A stretch of 64,000 bases of DNA from Bispira polyomma (taxonomy: Eukaryota): positions 70,060,001 through 70,124,000 of the forward strand of contig OZ287753.1 of the NCBI GenBank assembly GCA_965649765.1, given 5' to 3'. Every line of letters begins with the position of its first letter. The first letter of the stretch is position 1. Under the pieces are notes generated by a model. It saw only the letters and a list, made by a program, of their open reading frames with translations, had not been told where the DNA came from and ran no database searches. This document shows, piece by piece, positions 40,985 to 54,800 of this stretch. Both the position numbers and the translations under genes were made by a program.

Positions 40985-41728
40985 ATTTGATGAAAGTGAA
41001 GTGTCACCAATGACTTCCCACCCACAAATGGGATGATTTTACCATGTCGTTCTTTATATTGATTTCTACTGAACCACAGACTTTTCTTATCAATGGATAA
41101 TAGAATACTTGATTGTACGATGTAGTGATAATATGTCCTTTCTGGATAGGAACTATTCTAAGAAGAGGAACTTTTGCGTCTCCCAGTGCCACAGTTTCGA
41201 TCAAATCACAATAGATGTATAGATTGTGTGTGTGCCATCTTAAATGTCGGATGGGTACTTAGATTTTCTATCCCCGGGTAAAAAGGGACCAGTTTTGGCA
41301 AAACCTAGAATTTCATTTAATCTTTTGGAAAGGGTTACTTTGGGCCCTGCCTGTGCTATATTAGCTGCATTATTATGTTCAGTTTTTGTAATCTAAAGTC
41401 TTGTCTTTTGCGTTAATTTAATGGTACTGAACTGCACAGTAGATGGTGGCTCTGCTCCTAACCTCCATTTTACCTTTTTGTTAAAGATTCTGATCAAGTC
41501 TTCCATGTTGTTGTAAATGCCTTCTGAAATAGGAATTTGTGCATCACCCACTTGCAAGAATTCATCTGAGCGGACGTTATGCCATGTTTTTGTGTACTGA
41601 ATTTCCATAAGTCCCACTTCCCATTCGCCAAACAGTTCGCAGGGTTGAGCCAGGGGAACAATATACTCTCCTGGAGTATTCCCCACATGATTTGTATTAC
41701 TCGGTAAGTATACATAGAAGTTTTTCAT
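40981..41728 (-). pseudogene. Polinton minor capsid protein (penton)
   Basis: FYVYLPSN..GEWEVGLMEIQY and NLYIYCDLIETVALGDAKVPLLRIV..VTLHF. Confidence 0.85.
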
Positions 41729-41796
41729 GTTGCAGTGTTTACATCAGTGTTTACAGCAGTGTTCACAGCAGTGTTCACATTTAACTGAATGCATCA

Positions 41797-42530
41797 TCAA
41801 AAGTGTGAGCCTTTGTATACGCTCTCCCATTTATACTTCTTCAATTTTTTTTTCTCTGGTGGTTCCAGCTCTGGTGGTTCCAGCTCTGGTATCATTTCTG
41901 GTTTCAATTCTGGTTCCATTTCTGGGAACATTTCTGGTTCCACTTCTGGGAACATTTCTGATTCCATCTCTGGTGACTGAAACTGAGGTCCCATACCTAA
42001 CAATGAGGCTGGAATATTAGCATATTGTAGCTTTTGAGCAAAATAGGGCCATCCAGTAGGCATTTTTCTTTTTTTTTCTTTGAGTTCGAATGGCTGTGTT
42101 TATTAAATCAGTAATATGTGATCCAGTAATAGGCTGATTTTCAGTTGTCAAAATTTCACCTCTGTGATTCAAACGTAAAGTACCTCTTAACTTTTAATAG
42201 AGACTTTGCCCTTTACTCCGTAAAGATGTAGGCAGTGTTATTTTCAGGTCATCTTCTAGATCTTCTGTTTTACCAAGAGCTTCCAAACGTTTTTGCCAGG
42301 GGAAAATAATGTATCTTTTTGTTGTTGATCATAGGCTTTGATCCGGGTCATTGACTGATTGTACAGTTTCATTTTTTCTGACTGTTCCATATTGGTATTT
42401 TCTAACAGGTCACCCATATCCTTTTCTAATCTGACCATGACTGTAGCGGCCGTCCGTACTGGATGAGACTTATACATTGCTACTTAACAAAACGTTAGGA
42501 ATAACAACCTTTTCAATATATTTGTTCATC
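41797..42530 (-). pseudogene. Conserved Polinton uncharacterised protein with EMFPE/ELEPP repeats
   Basis: GSHITDLI..PTGWPYFAQKLQYANIP..; 12/15-bp coding repeats at 41855-41975. Confidence 0.7.
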
Positions 42531-42534
42531 GTTT

Positions 42535-42883
42535 GAATTATCCAATCAATTTTTCAGCAATGGGGGGAATAATAGTCCATCGTCCATCATCCAGAGTCCC
42601 TAAAATAGGAGCTATCAAGGCTGTTAAGAATCCCCCTGGTTGTATCGTTTTTTCTCCTATTAGAGGTTTGTTTCTTCCTCAATTCTTGGAGTTCTCCTTT
42701 GTACTTTGCTAGTTTTTTCTTTTCTGTTAATCCTAGTGGGATATTTTCTTCAAGTAGATTGTGAGCACACTCAACAAAACAATGAAGGAGAGCTTTGTCT
42801 GCACCATGTATAATATATTTTGTTGCTTTGGAATCACCCTGGGCCATAATTTGTAAAATATATATTTTTTTTACATCAGACAT
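42535..42883 (-). pseudogene. Conserved Polinton small protein
   Basis: ECAHNLLEENIPL..KKKLAKYK..[frameshift] QPGGFLTALIAPIL. Confidence 0.7.
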
Positions 42884-42944
42884 GTTGACAGCATGACATT
42901 TGTCAGTAAAAATGAAGAACAATACTAATATTCCCTTCTGTTTA

Positions 42945-43920
42945 TATTGATATCTTGTGACATCTTTGGCAGGTATCCAGCAAAACTTCTTTAAGTCGTC
43001 CTTTCAATTTTCAGCTCTTTAGAATTTTTTCAACTTTATAATACTCGCTGGCCATGGCTTTTTGTAACTCTTCTTTGTAGAAAGTTCCTTCAATGGATTC
43101 GCCTGCATAATCATTCACTTTGTAGGTAGGATAGCTTTGAGACCAGTCTCTATTCACTATTTTAAAAAGTTCACCACTCCATCTCTGATCATATTCCCTA
43201 CTAAATGTTTTTTTCTGCCATATGATATTCTGACAAGATCCCCATCATTAAATTTAAATTTCTTTTTTCGTGAAATTTTTCTTTGATGGCTCAAGTTATT
43301 CGCCGTCACGTTGGCTGGGGCCATTGTTATCTTGCAACACATCGATGTACCTATGGGTTTGCTTGTGAGTGAAGTATTTGTAAATCTTGCTATTGATGGT
43401 CTTAATAGCTCTCTTAGCGTAATTTGCCTTGACTTCATTTTGTGTCACAAAGTGTCGAACAGAATGTGTTTTGAATAACTGCTGCACTTTATAATCTGTA
43501 AATTCGGCCCCTTTATCAGAGTGGATAGTTTCTGGTATCCTTTCCTAAAAAACCAATGAGAAAGCACGAACAATTTCATCTCCAGATTTGTTCTTCAAAG
43601 GCACTGTCCACACATACCGTGATAATATATCTATGGCTAACAGAACAAAATGGTGATCGTCATTGTATTGGGCAATTTTTGTCATATCCATCAGGTCAAT
43701 ATCCCACTGCTAATCTATACTTCCAGCAATGACTTTGTTTTTTTTAATAGTCCTTCTTCCAGGTTTGTGCAATGTATAAGTCTCCACTTAACCAGGATTT
43801 CACATCTGTTAGGGTTATGGACGGGTCTTCATTTATTGCAGCCTCATACAACTTTTGGGGCCCAGAAAAACTAGCAGGATGGGCAAGTTTAAAGTAAATT
43901 GAAGTAAAAAGTTTGTTCAT
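42945..43920 (-). pseudogene. Polinton retroviral-like (rve) integrase
   Basis: YTLHKP, QWDIDLMDM, AIDILSRY, IHSDKGAEF, YAKRAIKT (third catalytic E read as K), GDLVRIS, WSGELF, IEGTFYKEELQ. Confidence 0.92.
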
Positions 43921-44102
43921 TCTTTCTTCTTTATAGTGGGACTTGGCAGAGCATAACCCAGAGATGAACAGAATAATGTCAACCAAATATCTCTGACTTG
44001 ATTGTTCAAACACAAGTTGACAATGCAGGCCAAGATCACAATAATAACTAAGATTATTTGAGCCACATATTTCACTAAAGATTTTTGACAGACATTATCC
44101 AT
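43917..44102 (-). CDS. Polinton small two-helix membrane protein, 61 aa, intact
   Basis: Hydrophobic ORF with WLTLFCSSLGYALPSP; its TGA overlaps the integrase ATG (ATGA). Confidence 0.7.
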   Translation of the reverse strand: MDNVCQKSLVKYVAQIILVIIVILACIVNLCLNNQVRDIWLTLFCSSLGYALPSPTIKKKE

Positions 44103-45064
44103 CTTGCTTCTTTAAAGTTTGATAAGTAAATGAACTGTGGCGGTTGTAGTGGGAAGTTATATAGGGGTTTTCATGGAAAAACTCAAATTAAAAACATTTG
44201 TTATCCTTTAGGATACACTAGGATACACCATTTTAATAAATTCACAAAAACATCTATTTTCTGACACTTTTTACAGAATGAAAATCGGTGCATGCATGGC
44301 CAAGATATATCTGTTTTAAGATTGGCATATCATTGACACATCATTGACACATCATTGACATATCACTTTTTGGCTCCTAGAAAATCCAAGATGGCCGCTG
44401 AGTGTTAATAGAGTTATTTGTAATATTTGGAACCTTCGATCTTTCTTCTCCTCTTAGCAACCAGAGACATGCTAAACTTCAAACTGTCCCAAATCTAATT
44501 TTCCAAAATCTTCCCGAAAATGACTGATGCTCGGGGGATTTATTATATTTCGGACAATAAGCAACCTCACCTGTCTGATAATAGCCAACCCCACCTGCCT
44601 GGTAATAGGATACCCCTGATTGACATTTAGTGTGCACCTACCCATTATGATAATATGGCACCACCTGACCGGTAATAGGGTACCCCTAACAGGGTATCCC
44701 CCAGGTGTCGTTTTGTGTACACCCAGACAATTTGTTGCAAATTCAAATGTTAAATATATACATATTTTTCCAATAGAAATGCTCACTACACCTACAATCT
44801 TGCCGTTTTTAACCCTAATACAGCAGAGATGAAGATGTTACCTTGCAGCTCGCAATATGAGACTTTCCCTGAGGTTTCAAATAAATTGGTATAAATGTAT
44901 AGAGAAATTGCTCACAGGCACAAATTTTGGTCACTGTCTTGACACTGTCTTTCCCTGAGGCCTGAAAAGCCCGTATATAACACTTCATAGGAAGTTCACA
45001 GATTACGTGACATTTACTTAAAAAAAATGATATCTTACAAATTATAAATAATATATAAATAACA

Positions 45065-45423
45065 GATTCTGCGACGCTTTCTCGCAAATGAACATTTTTT
45101 TTTCTGCAAAAAGTTGTCGCACACCATGCGACGATTTGTTGCACAGCTTGGGACCATTTGCCGCACTGCTTGCGACAAGGTGTTGCACATTCCCATCTAC
45201 AAACAAATCTCCACACTATTCCATGCGACAATCAGTTGCACACCTTGCGACAATTAGTCGCATCACTTGCGACAAATCGTCATATCACTTGCGACAAATC
45301 GTTGCATCACTTGCGAAAAATTGTCACATTGCCACAGCAACCACCCTTGCAACCATGGTTGCCATGGCAACCTGCACCTAAACAGCACATGTGCGGAGGG
45401 GGCTTTGCTCACTCTATACTACT
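45065..45423 (-). repeat. Polinton right TIR plus TTGCGAC subterminal repeats
   Basis: Ends ...ctttgctcactctatactact; multiple tgcgac motifs. Confidence 0.9.
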
Positions 45424-47452
45424 TAGGGTGGCCCTAAGATTACTGTACCCATGCTTCAAAACAACTCACCTATGACGATATGTCACAAGGTCTGTTTGGT
45501 CCCAACGTCTATTAGCTTGTGCCCTAGAGGAAAGAAATTGAAACATACGGAGTAGTAAAACCTGAATGTGGACATAATGTTCCTTTAGATCATTATAACA
45601 TGAAAACCAAAAAAAACATCCACCTTCATCCTAGACATTGTGCAAGGTCCTTCAATGAGGGCATTATGATTTTACAACTATATCCCTGTGTGGATACAAT
45701 AAAATAAAGAAGCTGGCAGTTATAAAAACACTAGTGCTGAACCTTTCTGAGCAGAATAGGAACTTGTAAAATGCAGTCATAAAGTGGTTCACCAACAGTA
45801 AGACTTGTAAGCAAGATATCAAGGTGATATATATGGAAAAGTCAATGATAATATTAAATTTAGTTTGTCAATGCCAAATGTCACTGGTACTAGCATAATG
45901 TGCTGTTATAAGGGTAGTCAATCTGAACTATCATACACATGCTATCATCAGGTTTGTGTCGCAAACTTTCTTTGCAACTCTTGATTCTATTCAGGGACAC
46001 TGTGGATCTATGTACAAAACTGGGATCTTTTCACTGCTGAAATACTCCAGATATTACAACATTATGTCAAGTTATGTTGGTTCCGGTGTAAGTAAAAACT
46101 AAAAGAACTAAAAGAATACAGCAAATAATATTGCTAATCTAGGGTCTAATATTAGTCAAGCCCACAAAACTGACAGTATAAATCCTGTGACAATAACTAT
46201 GTCCTCTTAAATGGTTTTAATGATGACTTCATGTATAGTAGTAGTATTGGCAAAGACATCAGTGATTGTAAAGATAATTATTACGGTACACGCGAAAGCC
46301 ATAATGACACCCGTTGTTCTGACGATGAGAATAATGGGTATCATGAACAGGAACGTTATGATCAAAATTGTAATGCATTGGGAAATTATAATGACACCCG
46401 CGATGTGATCCAAATTACCGGACACAGGAAAATCATAATGTGACCCATTGCTATGATTATAGCAATGGGGGGCGTTGTGATTGTATAGCAAACAATGCAC
46501 GTGTGCAAAATAAAAAAAATGTTTAAAGATTCAATATGGAAAACGTTTCTAGTTTAATGAAAGGATACCAAGTATATGTCATGGTCAGAACAATATTAGC
46601 ATTCATATGGTGTCTAATTATTTAAAAGTGTCTGACATTTTAAGACAATGAATTAATAGAAAATCAGAACACGTGGGAAGATAGCTATCCCCAAAATAGT
46701 ATTTTATATGCATGTTTTAGTCAACTTGATAGCAGCATATATATGTCTGATGGTGATTACACCAATATTGAAAACTCTATAATTAACTACGACACACAGA
46801 TTGGTGTCTATGATAGCATGTGGAAACATGATAGTTCAGTACAGGGTAGTAGACAATCCCCTGATACTTGTTCTAGAATATTGTGTACTTGCTTTGATTT
46901 TAGTACTAGTTTAAGTGATCGTAACTTGCAACGTACTATTTTGTTTTTTGATGTACATATATACTGGGGTCACATTTTTAACTCTAGGCAGATAAAGTCT
47001 GTCCAGAGTTGGTGTATTGGAGAACAAAATTTACCAGTGAAATTTGCGAGGACAGCACTTTCTGTCATTTTACTGCACAAAATGGAATTTTTTTTCTGGC
47101 AATAACCATTAATTGGTGCTCAGCACGGGGCAGTCGATCTTATATTTTTAATCCTTGTCTTATTTAGCTTGAAATATGGATATACAGATTGATCTACTCA
47201 AACTACTGTTGGGTTCCCTATGTAGAAGGCCTGGTTATAGAATGATTTTTATATGTGCAAAACACTAGGTTTGAGGATATATATAGCTATATATACCTGT
47301 TTTACTTCTTTTTTTTCCACATTTTGTACGGCCCGAGTGTATCCAAGGGATCTTTTCATGGCAGAAATACTCCAGACATTATAACATTATGCCCAGTTAT
47401 GTTGGTTCCGGTATACGTAAAGAGTAAAGAATACAGCAAATAAATTCACCAA

Positions 47453-47945
47453 ATTTAGGATATGGTAGAAAAAAAATAGTTTATTTGTAAACAAGTTATT
47501 TCGCCGGGGCAATTTGTAAATTATTTTCATTTAATTAATTAAATCTCATATATAATAATAGTTTGATTTACTTTTTTCAATGTGGAAGATTAAACTTCTT
47601 TTCTTTAAAATCTATGTTACACAATATATTACAAGTCGGGCAATCTGTGTAATTATAGACTGCAAATTTCAGTCATTTAGCGAAATCCCTAAAATTGAAT
47701 CCGGGATTTCACAAATGTGTAATCAGGAATCAGAAATCCCTGATTACACAGATTGCTGTAACATATATAGAATAATTTCTAACTCATGATTTCCGGAGGT
47801 TTACAAATTGTCCAGGCAATTTAGCAATGTGTAAATCTTTAAATTTCCCAGACGATTTACAAATTGCCTGGGCGAACAAACTTTGTGTTTACAAATAAAC
47901 AAAATAAGTATTTTTTTTCTACCATGTCCTAAATGGGCTTCCGTA
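47453..47945. mobile_element. MITE with ~70-80-bp inverted termini
   Basis: atttagga(t/c)atggtagaaaaaaaata...tttatttgtaaaca...ggcaatttgtaaat is present inverted at both ends. Confidence 0.8.
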
Positions 47946-50854
47946 CCAGTGAAAGGCTTCAGTTAAAAAAATTCAGATGTTGTTGGTTTTGCTTCTGTCA
48001 AAAGCAAAAGGGGGATAGGAGGTGTTGGAGGGGGATAATCAATTCTAAGTTGAACATGGTGTTCTGCTCTGCACAATGGTATGTGTGTGTTAATATGTCC
48101 TTAGCCTTTGCCTTCTGGGGAAAAACACCTTGATACAAACTAAAAGAATTGGCTTTGAAGTTGATATTAAGACCTTGTTTAGTGTATTGTGTACATATAT
48201 CCTGCCTGAACTTTCATGAACAGTCAAGATAGAGGTAGAAATCGAGATTTCCATAATGATATACTTATTCCAGACTGTATTACCACAAATATATGTTTTC
48301 TTACATTATTATTATAATAATATATTATTAATGTTTTTGCAAATTAAAATAACATAAAATTTGTGATATAAATTTATTGAATGTCGAGGAAACATTATTT
48401 AACTGACGTATATTTAATGTAAAAGTCCATGTCCATAAGAAAATACAAGACGTTTTAGTTTCTATTTAAATATTTTCGTTCACGGCTTTATAACTTTGGA
48501 TTCTGCCTTATTGAGGGCAGTTTATAAAATATGCAGTGGTTGGATGCATGGATAAATTTCCCGGAACGGAGCGAAATTTAAAAAACTGGACTATTTGTGA
48601 CTATTAAGGTTATATAATATTGTAGAAACAACAAATATCCTTGACTGTGCAAATAACCCACCTTGTTTTTTTTTTTTTTTTTTTTTTTGTGAAAGCTTTT
48701 TCATTTTACTTTACACCAGAGTTCCTTATATATATGTATATTTTTTATGTCGGGAACTATGGTTTGGATTTCGTCAACTAATCATGTTTACAAAAAAGAC
48801 CATAGTGTGCCGACCTTTAGCGGACCTAGCCTAAACCATTTCTAATTAAAACTAATTATTCTCGTTTAACGAAACACAAATTATTTCTACAGTACCCTGT
48901 AAAGTATACAGATCCACGTGTTGTTCACAATTATCCAACGACCTTCACCCAAAACTGATGTCATGCTTTAAATCGATGCTGTGTGTACATATAGGCAAGT
49001 AAACCGATGGAAAATTAGGTCGATCGAGTCATTGTTTACAACTTCAAATAAAACAATAATAGAAGGAAATATTAACATCAAGGCAATATAAGATATTTTA
49101 GTTTAAAATATTTACTTGGCATTCAAGGAATTTAAAAACGGACCTTTTAAACAGCCCATTTCAAATATTTTGGAATTTTAATGCGGTGGTTATATACGCA
49201 AATATACTTCACTGAAATATTCATACTACAATATATTTTATGTGATCTTCTTTATACAAAGCAAATACGAGTTATGGGTTAAGTTATTTTAATTGATGTA
49301 ATTGTTGCATATAACCTGTAGTCGACGATATAATTATTTAATTTATTTGATTGTTTTATGTGGGCTATTTTCATGGGCTATTTATAACACCTGCATTCAA
49401 AGACAGATTGTTTTAATTGGCCAATCAGGGAACTGCTCCCAATATGGGTTCAATGGTGAGCTGACTTGGCAAGCACTGTCAAGGATGTGTAATAAGAAAT
49501 GTTAAAATGCTTTAACATAAAATAAATAAAACGAGGCGGGGTACTTGCACAGTGAAGGATATTTGAAAAATAAAAGTGAAAATTGAAAGCTGGATGGATG
49601 GCAATCTGAACAGAAGGAATTTCGTCAGATCCTATCAGCAGTAAGTTCGATCCTAAACTTGGTCAGGTAGGCTGGGCCAGTTTTAGTACGGACTTCAAGT
49701 TTGATCGTGGTCGGTGTCCCGTTACAACGGGTCACCCCACACTTTCATTTTACATTAATATTATATTATTGAATTTTTTTTGCCACAATCAGCCGATATT
49801 AAAATCGTGCCCATTTTGCCGATCAAACTTAAATATGGAACCACCACTTTATAAGGTGAAAGTAGATTTTGCCTTGGCCTAGAGATATGTGACCATTCAA
49901 CAATCACTGAATGCTTGTTTAACATGGGTTATTTAAGTCATTTACATAATACTGTACAACACAATGACTCAGTCGTCTATGGGTATGGAAACATGTCATA
50001 TATGGACAATAGTGTGACAATTTTTATTCTAGTAATACTTGTGCACTCAGTACTTACTTCACCAATAGTGGCTAGGTGTGCTCATATAAGAGTGGGGAAG
50101 ACAGTACGGCTGACACACAAGTAACAGTAGTGGAAACAAGGGAGGTTTTCTTCCCCAAAAAGTACCTTCTGCTGTACTTAGACTTCCTTCTTCAAAAACT
50201 AAATATCAACCAATTTGTGCATGGTTGAATAAAATTAATAATGTTGTATATCAGTGTGGAACTCCTAATTATAAAGTTTGGTAAGCAGGTTACCTTTAGG
50301 GGACTGCTACTTCAGTCCATAACCCCATTAGTTTGGTCCACCTTAACAATTAGGTTTGCTATGACATACTTTATTCTCACAGTCTGTCCATTTTTAGACA
50401 AGCTAATAGGATTGCTAGAACGTCCCCATTTTTCCCGCTAAAACTAGGGACACCATATTAATTATCGGATTTGACATGACAACAAGTGAATTTTAAATCT
50501 CACCACCTCCCCTTACCACAGCTAAAAAGCTGTCAAGAACATAAGGAAATTATATAGGGGTGAATATAAAAAAAGTTTAATTTTAAAGCATGTAAGGTTT
50601 CTTCAAATGTTATGGCCTCTCTGTGGGTACCGTTAAGGCACCTGCATGGTAGAGACGCAAAAATTTCACCTCAAAAAATAGAAGTCGATTGTTCAGTCCA
50701 CAGGGCAACCTCAGAAATGGGCAAACGTGATATTAACGTGATATTAACTAAAAAGGAAAGGCGTATGATACTTTGGGCACTTTATTCTATTATCTATCAT
50801 CTAACATTAATATACTAAAAGGTTAGTTTTGTTAAAACACATACTACTATATAC

Positions 50855-51225
50855 ACTTTTAAGGTGACCAGGAAAGTTAAGGCCACCTTATCATAATTAG
50901 GTTCACCTTTACTTAAAGTAAAGAAGTGACTTAAGGTCACCGTTACCAAGTTAAAGTTTCAAAATTCTTTAAAAAAGATATGGCTGACTTAAGGTCACCA
51001 TAAGATATAACACTTTAAGGTTATCTTTACTTAGAACAACTATATAAGTTTAAGGTTAACTTTAATTAAGAATAGTAGAATGACTTAAGGTCCTCTACAC
51101 AATATACCATACTACTAGTGTTGTAAGTGACTTAATGTCACCTTACATTTAGTTTTAGTTACTTAAGTTTAAGAGTAACTAAGCAGTTTTAGTTAAGGCT
51201 ACCTTAAGGACTACCTTTAAAAAGT
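50855..51225. repeat. Degenerate ttaaggtcacc-rich repeat tract
   Basis: About ten variants of ttaagg(t/c)(c/g/t)acc. Confidence 0.6.
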
Positions 51226-51279
51226 AAACTGCCTTTGATATTTAAGAAATTAATTGTAGTATGTACTATATGTTACAAT

Positions 51280-51825
51280 TGACTTATAAACATTAACTAC
51301 TAAAATGCCCAAACGCCATGCTAGTATTTTATTGCTATACTATATTTTGTAGAGAACGGGCGACCGAGGCAGAAGCATTGGGGAAAGACTGCAGGTACGC
51401 CCATACAGCAGATAAACGCCAGCCCCCATGAGCCATAATGGCCTGCAGCTCGACGTGGTTATCAAAAGTAAGGGTTGCCCCGGATCGCCTGAAAGAGTGG
51501 AAGCTGAAAGATTGGGGGTTTAACCATAAAGACACAATAAGACACCCGTCTGACCATATAAGCATTGAGGGGGAACAATATTCCATTTTGCTTCACCATA
51601 AACACTGGGGACTCATCATTATTGTTGTTTTTTGCAAACATTTACCTTAATGCTGATACTAGACATAATTAAGGCAATTGCACCACATGATATTGGTTAT
51701 ACTTTTTAAATTTTTAGCCCAACGGAGCACAAAAATTAACCCCTGGAGGGCCCCACACAAAATCTTGACATGTTAAGTGTCTTTCAGGATTGAACTGGTC
51801 AATACTGAAAGGCACTTAATAAATT

Positions 51826-51867
<42 letters not shown>

Positions 51868-54800
51868 AATATACACTTTGATAAACGAAGAAAACAAAAA
51901 AGGTTGTTGTAAATATCTCCTGATACACATATGCATGTGGATATACCTCGGCTTTCTGATTATAGCAGTAATAATTAGTAGAGTGATAATCCCTTTTAAT
52001 CTAGGAGAAAAAGGGGTTGAGATTGATAAGGATCTGAACAATAGTCTTATCTGGGGATGAGATAATACTGCCACTGGAACAGACCACAGTTGAAAGTGGT
52101 GTTTAATTGTGGAGACATAATTTTGAATTGAATAGGGTTTTAAACCCTGCTGAGCCAGGTACTCCACAAACTGCAAAATGTACTGTAAACTAGTAATATC
52201 TGAGATACCCAAAAATATGGCAAATGCCAAGAACAATCTCACATAATTTGAGTAAGCATGCTTTGTTCTCTCGGTTAAAGCATTCTCAAGCCTAGTAGAC
52301 ACCGCCTTCAGAAGGAATTTTACCTAAAAAGCAATTCAAAATTCTTGATTTAGCACGAACTTATCACTACTCACTGATCACCAATTTTTGTCTTTGACTT
52401 CATTATGCACTCTTGCATTACAGTAGCCGGGAAGAAACATACGGGATAAATAATCCGCTTGAATGTTTCTTACTAATGCTATATGAACTATTTCCAATTT
52501 TATGTTCTAATTTACAGATTCTAATTAAATTCAACGAGCCAATATGCCCAAGTTTTTGTCATAAAAATGGCTAGAATTGAAACCTCAGACAACAGCCCCA
52601 TTGTCACACTATATTTTTATGGTGCTATTTATTTGGAAATGCAATATACTCATCTCAGGAGGCTTATCATCCGGAAGAAGGGCAGCACACACATTATCTG
52701 ACCATACAGCCCCAATGCCCTCGAGGGATGCGTCCACATATAAGTCATATATGGGCTCACTTTTTAGATGCATTTCTACAACTCTATTAAATGAAGTTAG
52801 GAATTAGTTAAACCAACTAAGGTCTGACTCAAACTTTCTGGTGAAGTAAATGTTTTTATTTGGGTAAGTTTCCCTGCCGCTGGTGTACTGCCCAAATTAA
52901 CCTGTGATTTATTAGAACATGCAATTGTGATGGTTACAAACATTTTATTAGTAGATTTAATTAAATTATCAATGATGTCCACAATGTGGTCACTGTAAGA
53001 CTGACCATACAATTGGTGACAAGTTTTATCTTTCTGAAACATATAACATTCCTGCCTAGCATGCTGGATTTCTTTATCTGTGTAATTCTTGACACTAATG
53101 TCATTATCCTCAGTTGTATTATGATAATGGACATTTTCCTCACATAAGCTCGAAGGAATGTCAACTATGTCAGTGTGGACAGTTTCCACAATTGAAAGTG
53201 TCTGTATGGGAGCAAAATATAACCATTCTGGCTGTGATCAAATTTTTGGTAATAAGATGCACCAGTTTGCTTATGCAAAAAATTTATGGGTAGGAACAAT
53301 CCAGCATACTCACAAAATGTATACCAAATGGTTATATTAACAGTTGTGCTTGTATCAGTAACCTTTGTATTGGTGTAATTCCATATTTCATTATGTTGGT
53401 TGACCGACATTTTTAAGTCATGATTACTGGTTTTATCTAAAAATGTATGTTGGTAACCTGTGTTGTTTAGACACGTTTTGCCAACACTTTCCCCCACTGA
53501 ATTTACAGTAATGTCAATTTTGTGAGTATTTTTGACCCTCTTACTGGTTTGATTAATGGAGTTACAAATCCCCGTGTCATTTTTCATATTTCTGTCAACA
53601 GTATCATTTAACACATGCAAATTATTACAGTTGTAACATCTATCGGTATCAATCAGTCTGTGTTGATTAAATGTGAGTTCCTTTTCACAATACTTTCCAA
53701 TAACATGACCAGACAAGTTCTGACCAGATTTATTACTAATATTATTATTATCAAACACTCTATCGTTGCTCACTATCTTAATTGTTCGTCCTTTTGGTTG
53801 TTGGTCTACTGCCTACGCGTTGACTTTCTTTTGCTTAACTTGCTTATGCGAGTTAGCTTTGTAGCATTTGAATTCGGGGTGTGAACTGTCTTTCTGTAGA
53901 TTCTGGAAGCAAAACCAGCAATTTTGCTTGTACTAACCATGGTCAGCCTTGTAAGAACATCTGCCCGAATTGAACAATTTACACATGATTTTGCTATCTT
54001 GGCTGTTGTTACCTGAACTGTGAGGGTTTGAACCTTCAAAGCCCATTGTGAACTGTCCTTCCACGAAAGGCGACCCTCCTCTATTTTCATGCATGTGGAC
54101 GGCCCATGCATTTTTTACAACGTGCCATGGCAGGGATGCTGGGTCCTTAAGGGTGGATATGACCTGACGAAGCATTTTGTCTTTAGTGACTGGGTCTGCT
54201 ACTTGTATGACGTTACTAATTTGGCCCGCTGCCGACTGAGGAATTGAAAGCTCGTTAAAGCCGGTTTTTCTTTTGTGAAGCCGTCCCTGTCCAACCTTTG
54301 TTGGCCCACCTACGTGTGGGGTCAGCTGAAGCCACATCTGACAGTTAAACCTGCCCAACATTTGTCGAGTGGGGGGCTTACCTTGCAGAAGGTTGACCCT
54401 GGCAAGGGTTTTGTATTCGGCTAAACGTCTGGTAACTTCTTGCTGCACGTCTGGCAAGGCCTTAAGAACATCTAACGTGGAGACAATCCCACCACGTGTG
54501 AAATCCTGCTAAGTAGGTTTAGTGTGAAACGTGGACTCGACTGCGGTAGCCTGTGGTTGTTGCTGGGTGTAACCAATCCTAGCCGAGGGAGGGGCTGCGA
54601 TTGCGCCTTAACCATCGTTATTGAACAGAGTATCGTCTGCTGTATGAGCAGGAGATCCTAACGGGGTTGAGTTCGTTAAACCCCACGCTTCAATTTTATC
54701 CATCCGTTTGGCCATCTTCACGTTAGGATATGTCAAAGATAGATATATTGGGGATGCAATAAGAATAATTGAAGATGTTATGTATATTACAGATAAAGAA

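Larger units (their letters stand above)
38021..45423 (-). mobile_element. Endogenous Polinton/Maverick (adintovirus-like), internally deleted, 7.4 kb
   Basis: TIRs starting AGTAGTATAG at both ends, 6-bp TSD TAGGGT at 38015-38020 and 45424-45429, viral gene set on the minus strand. Confidence 0.95.

Noticed and set aside
45423-45429. Telomeric TTAGGG at the Polinton border
   Set aside because: A single hexamer formed by the TIR's last T plus the TSD; the pre-insertion site reads gatagggt.
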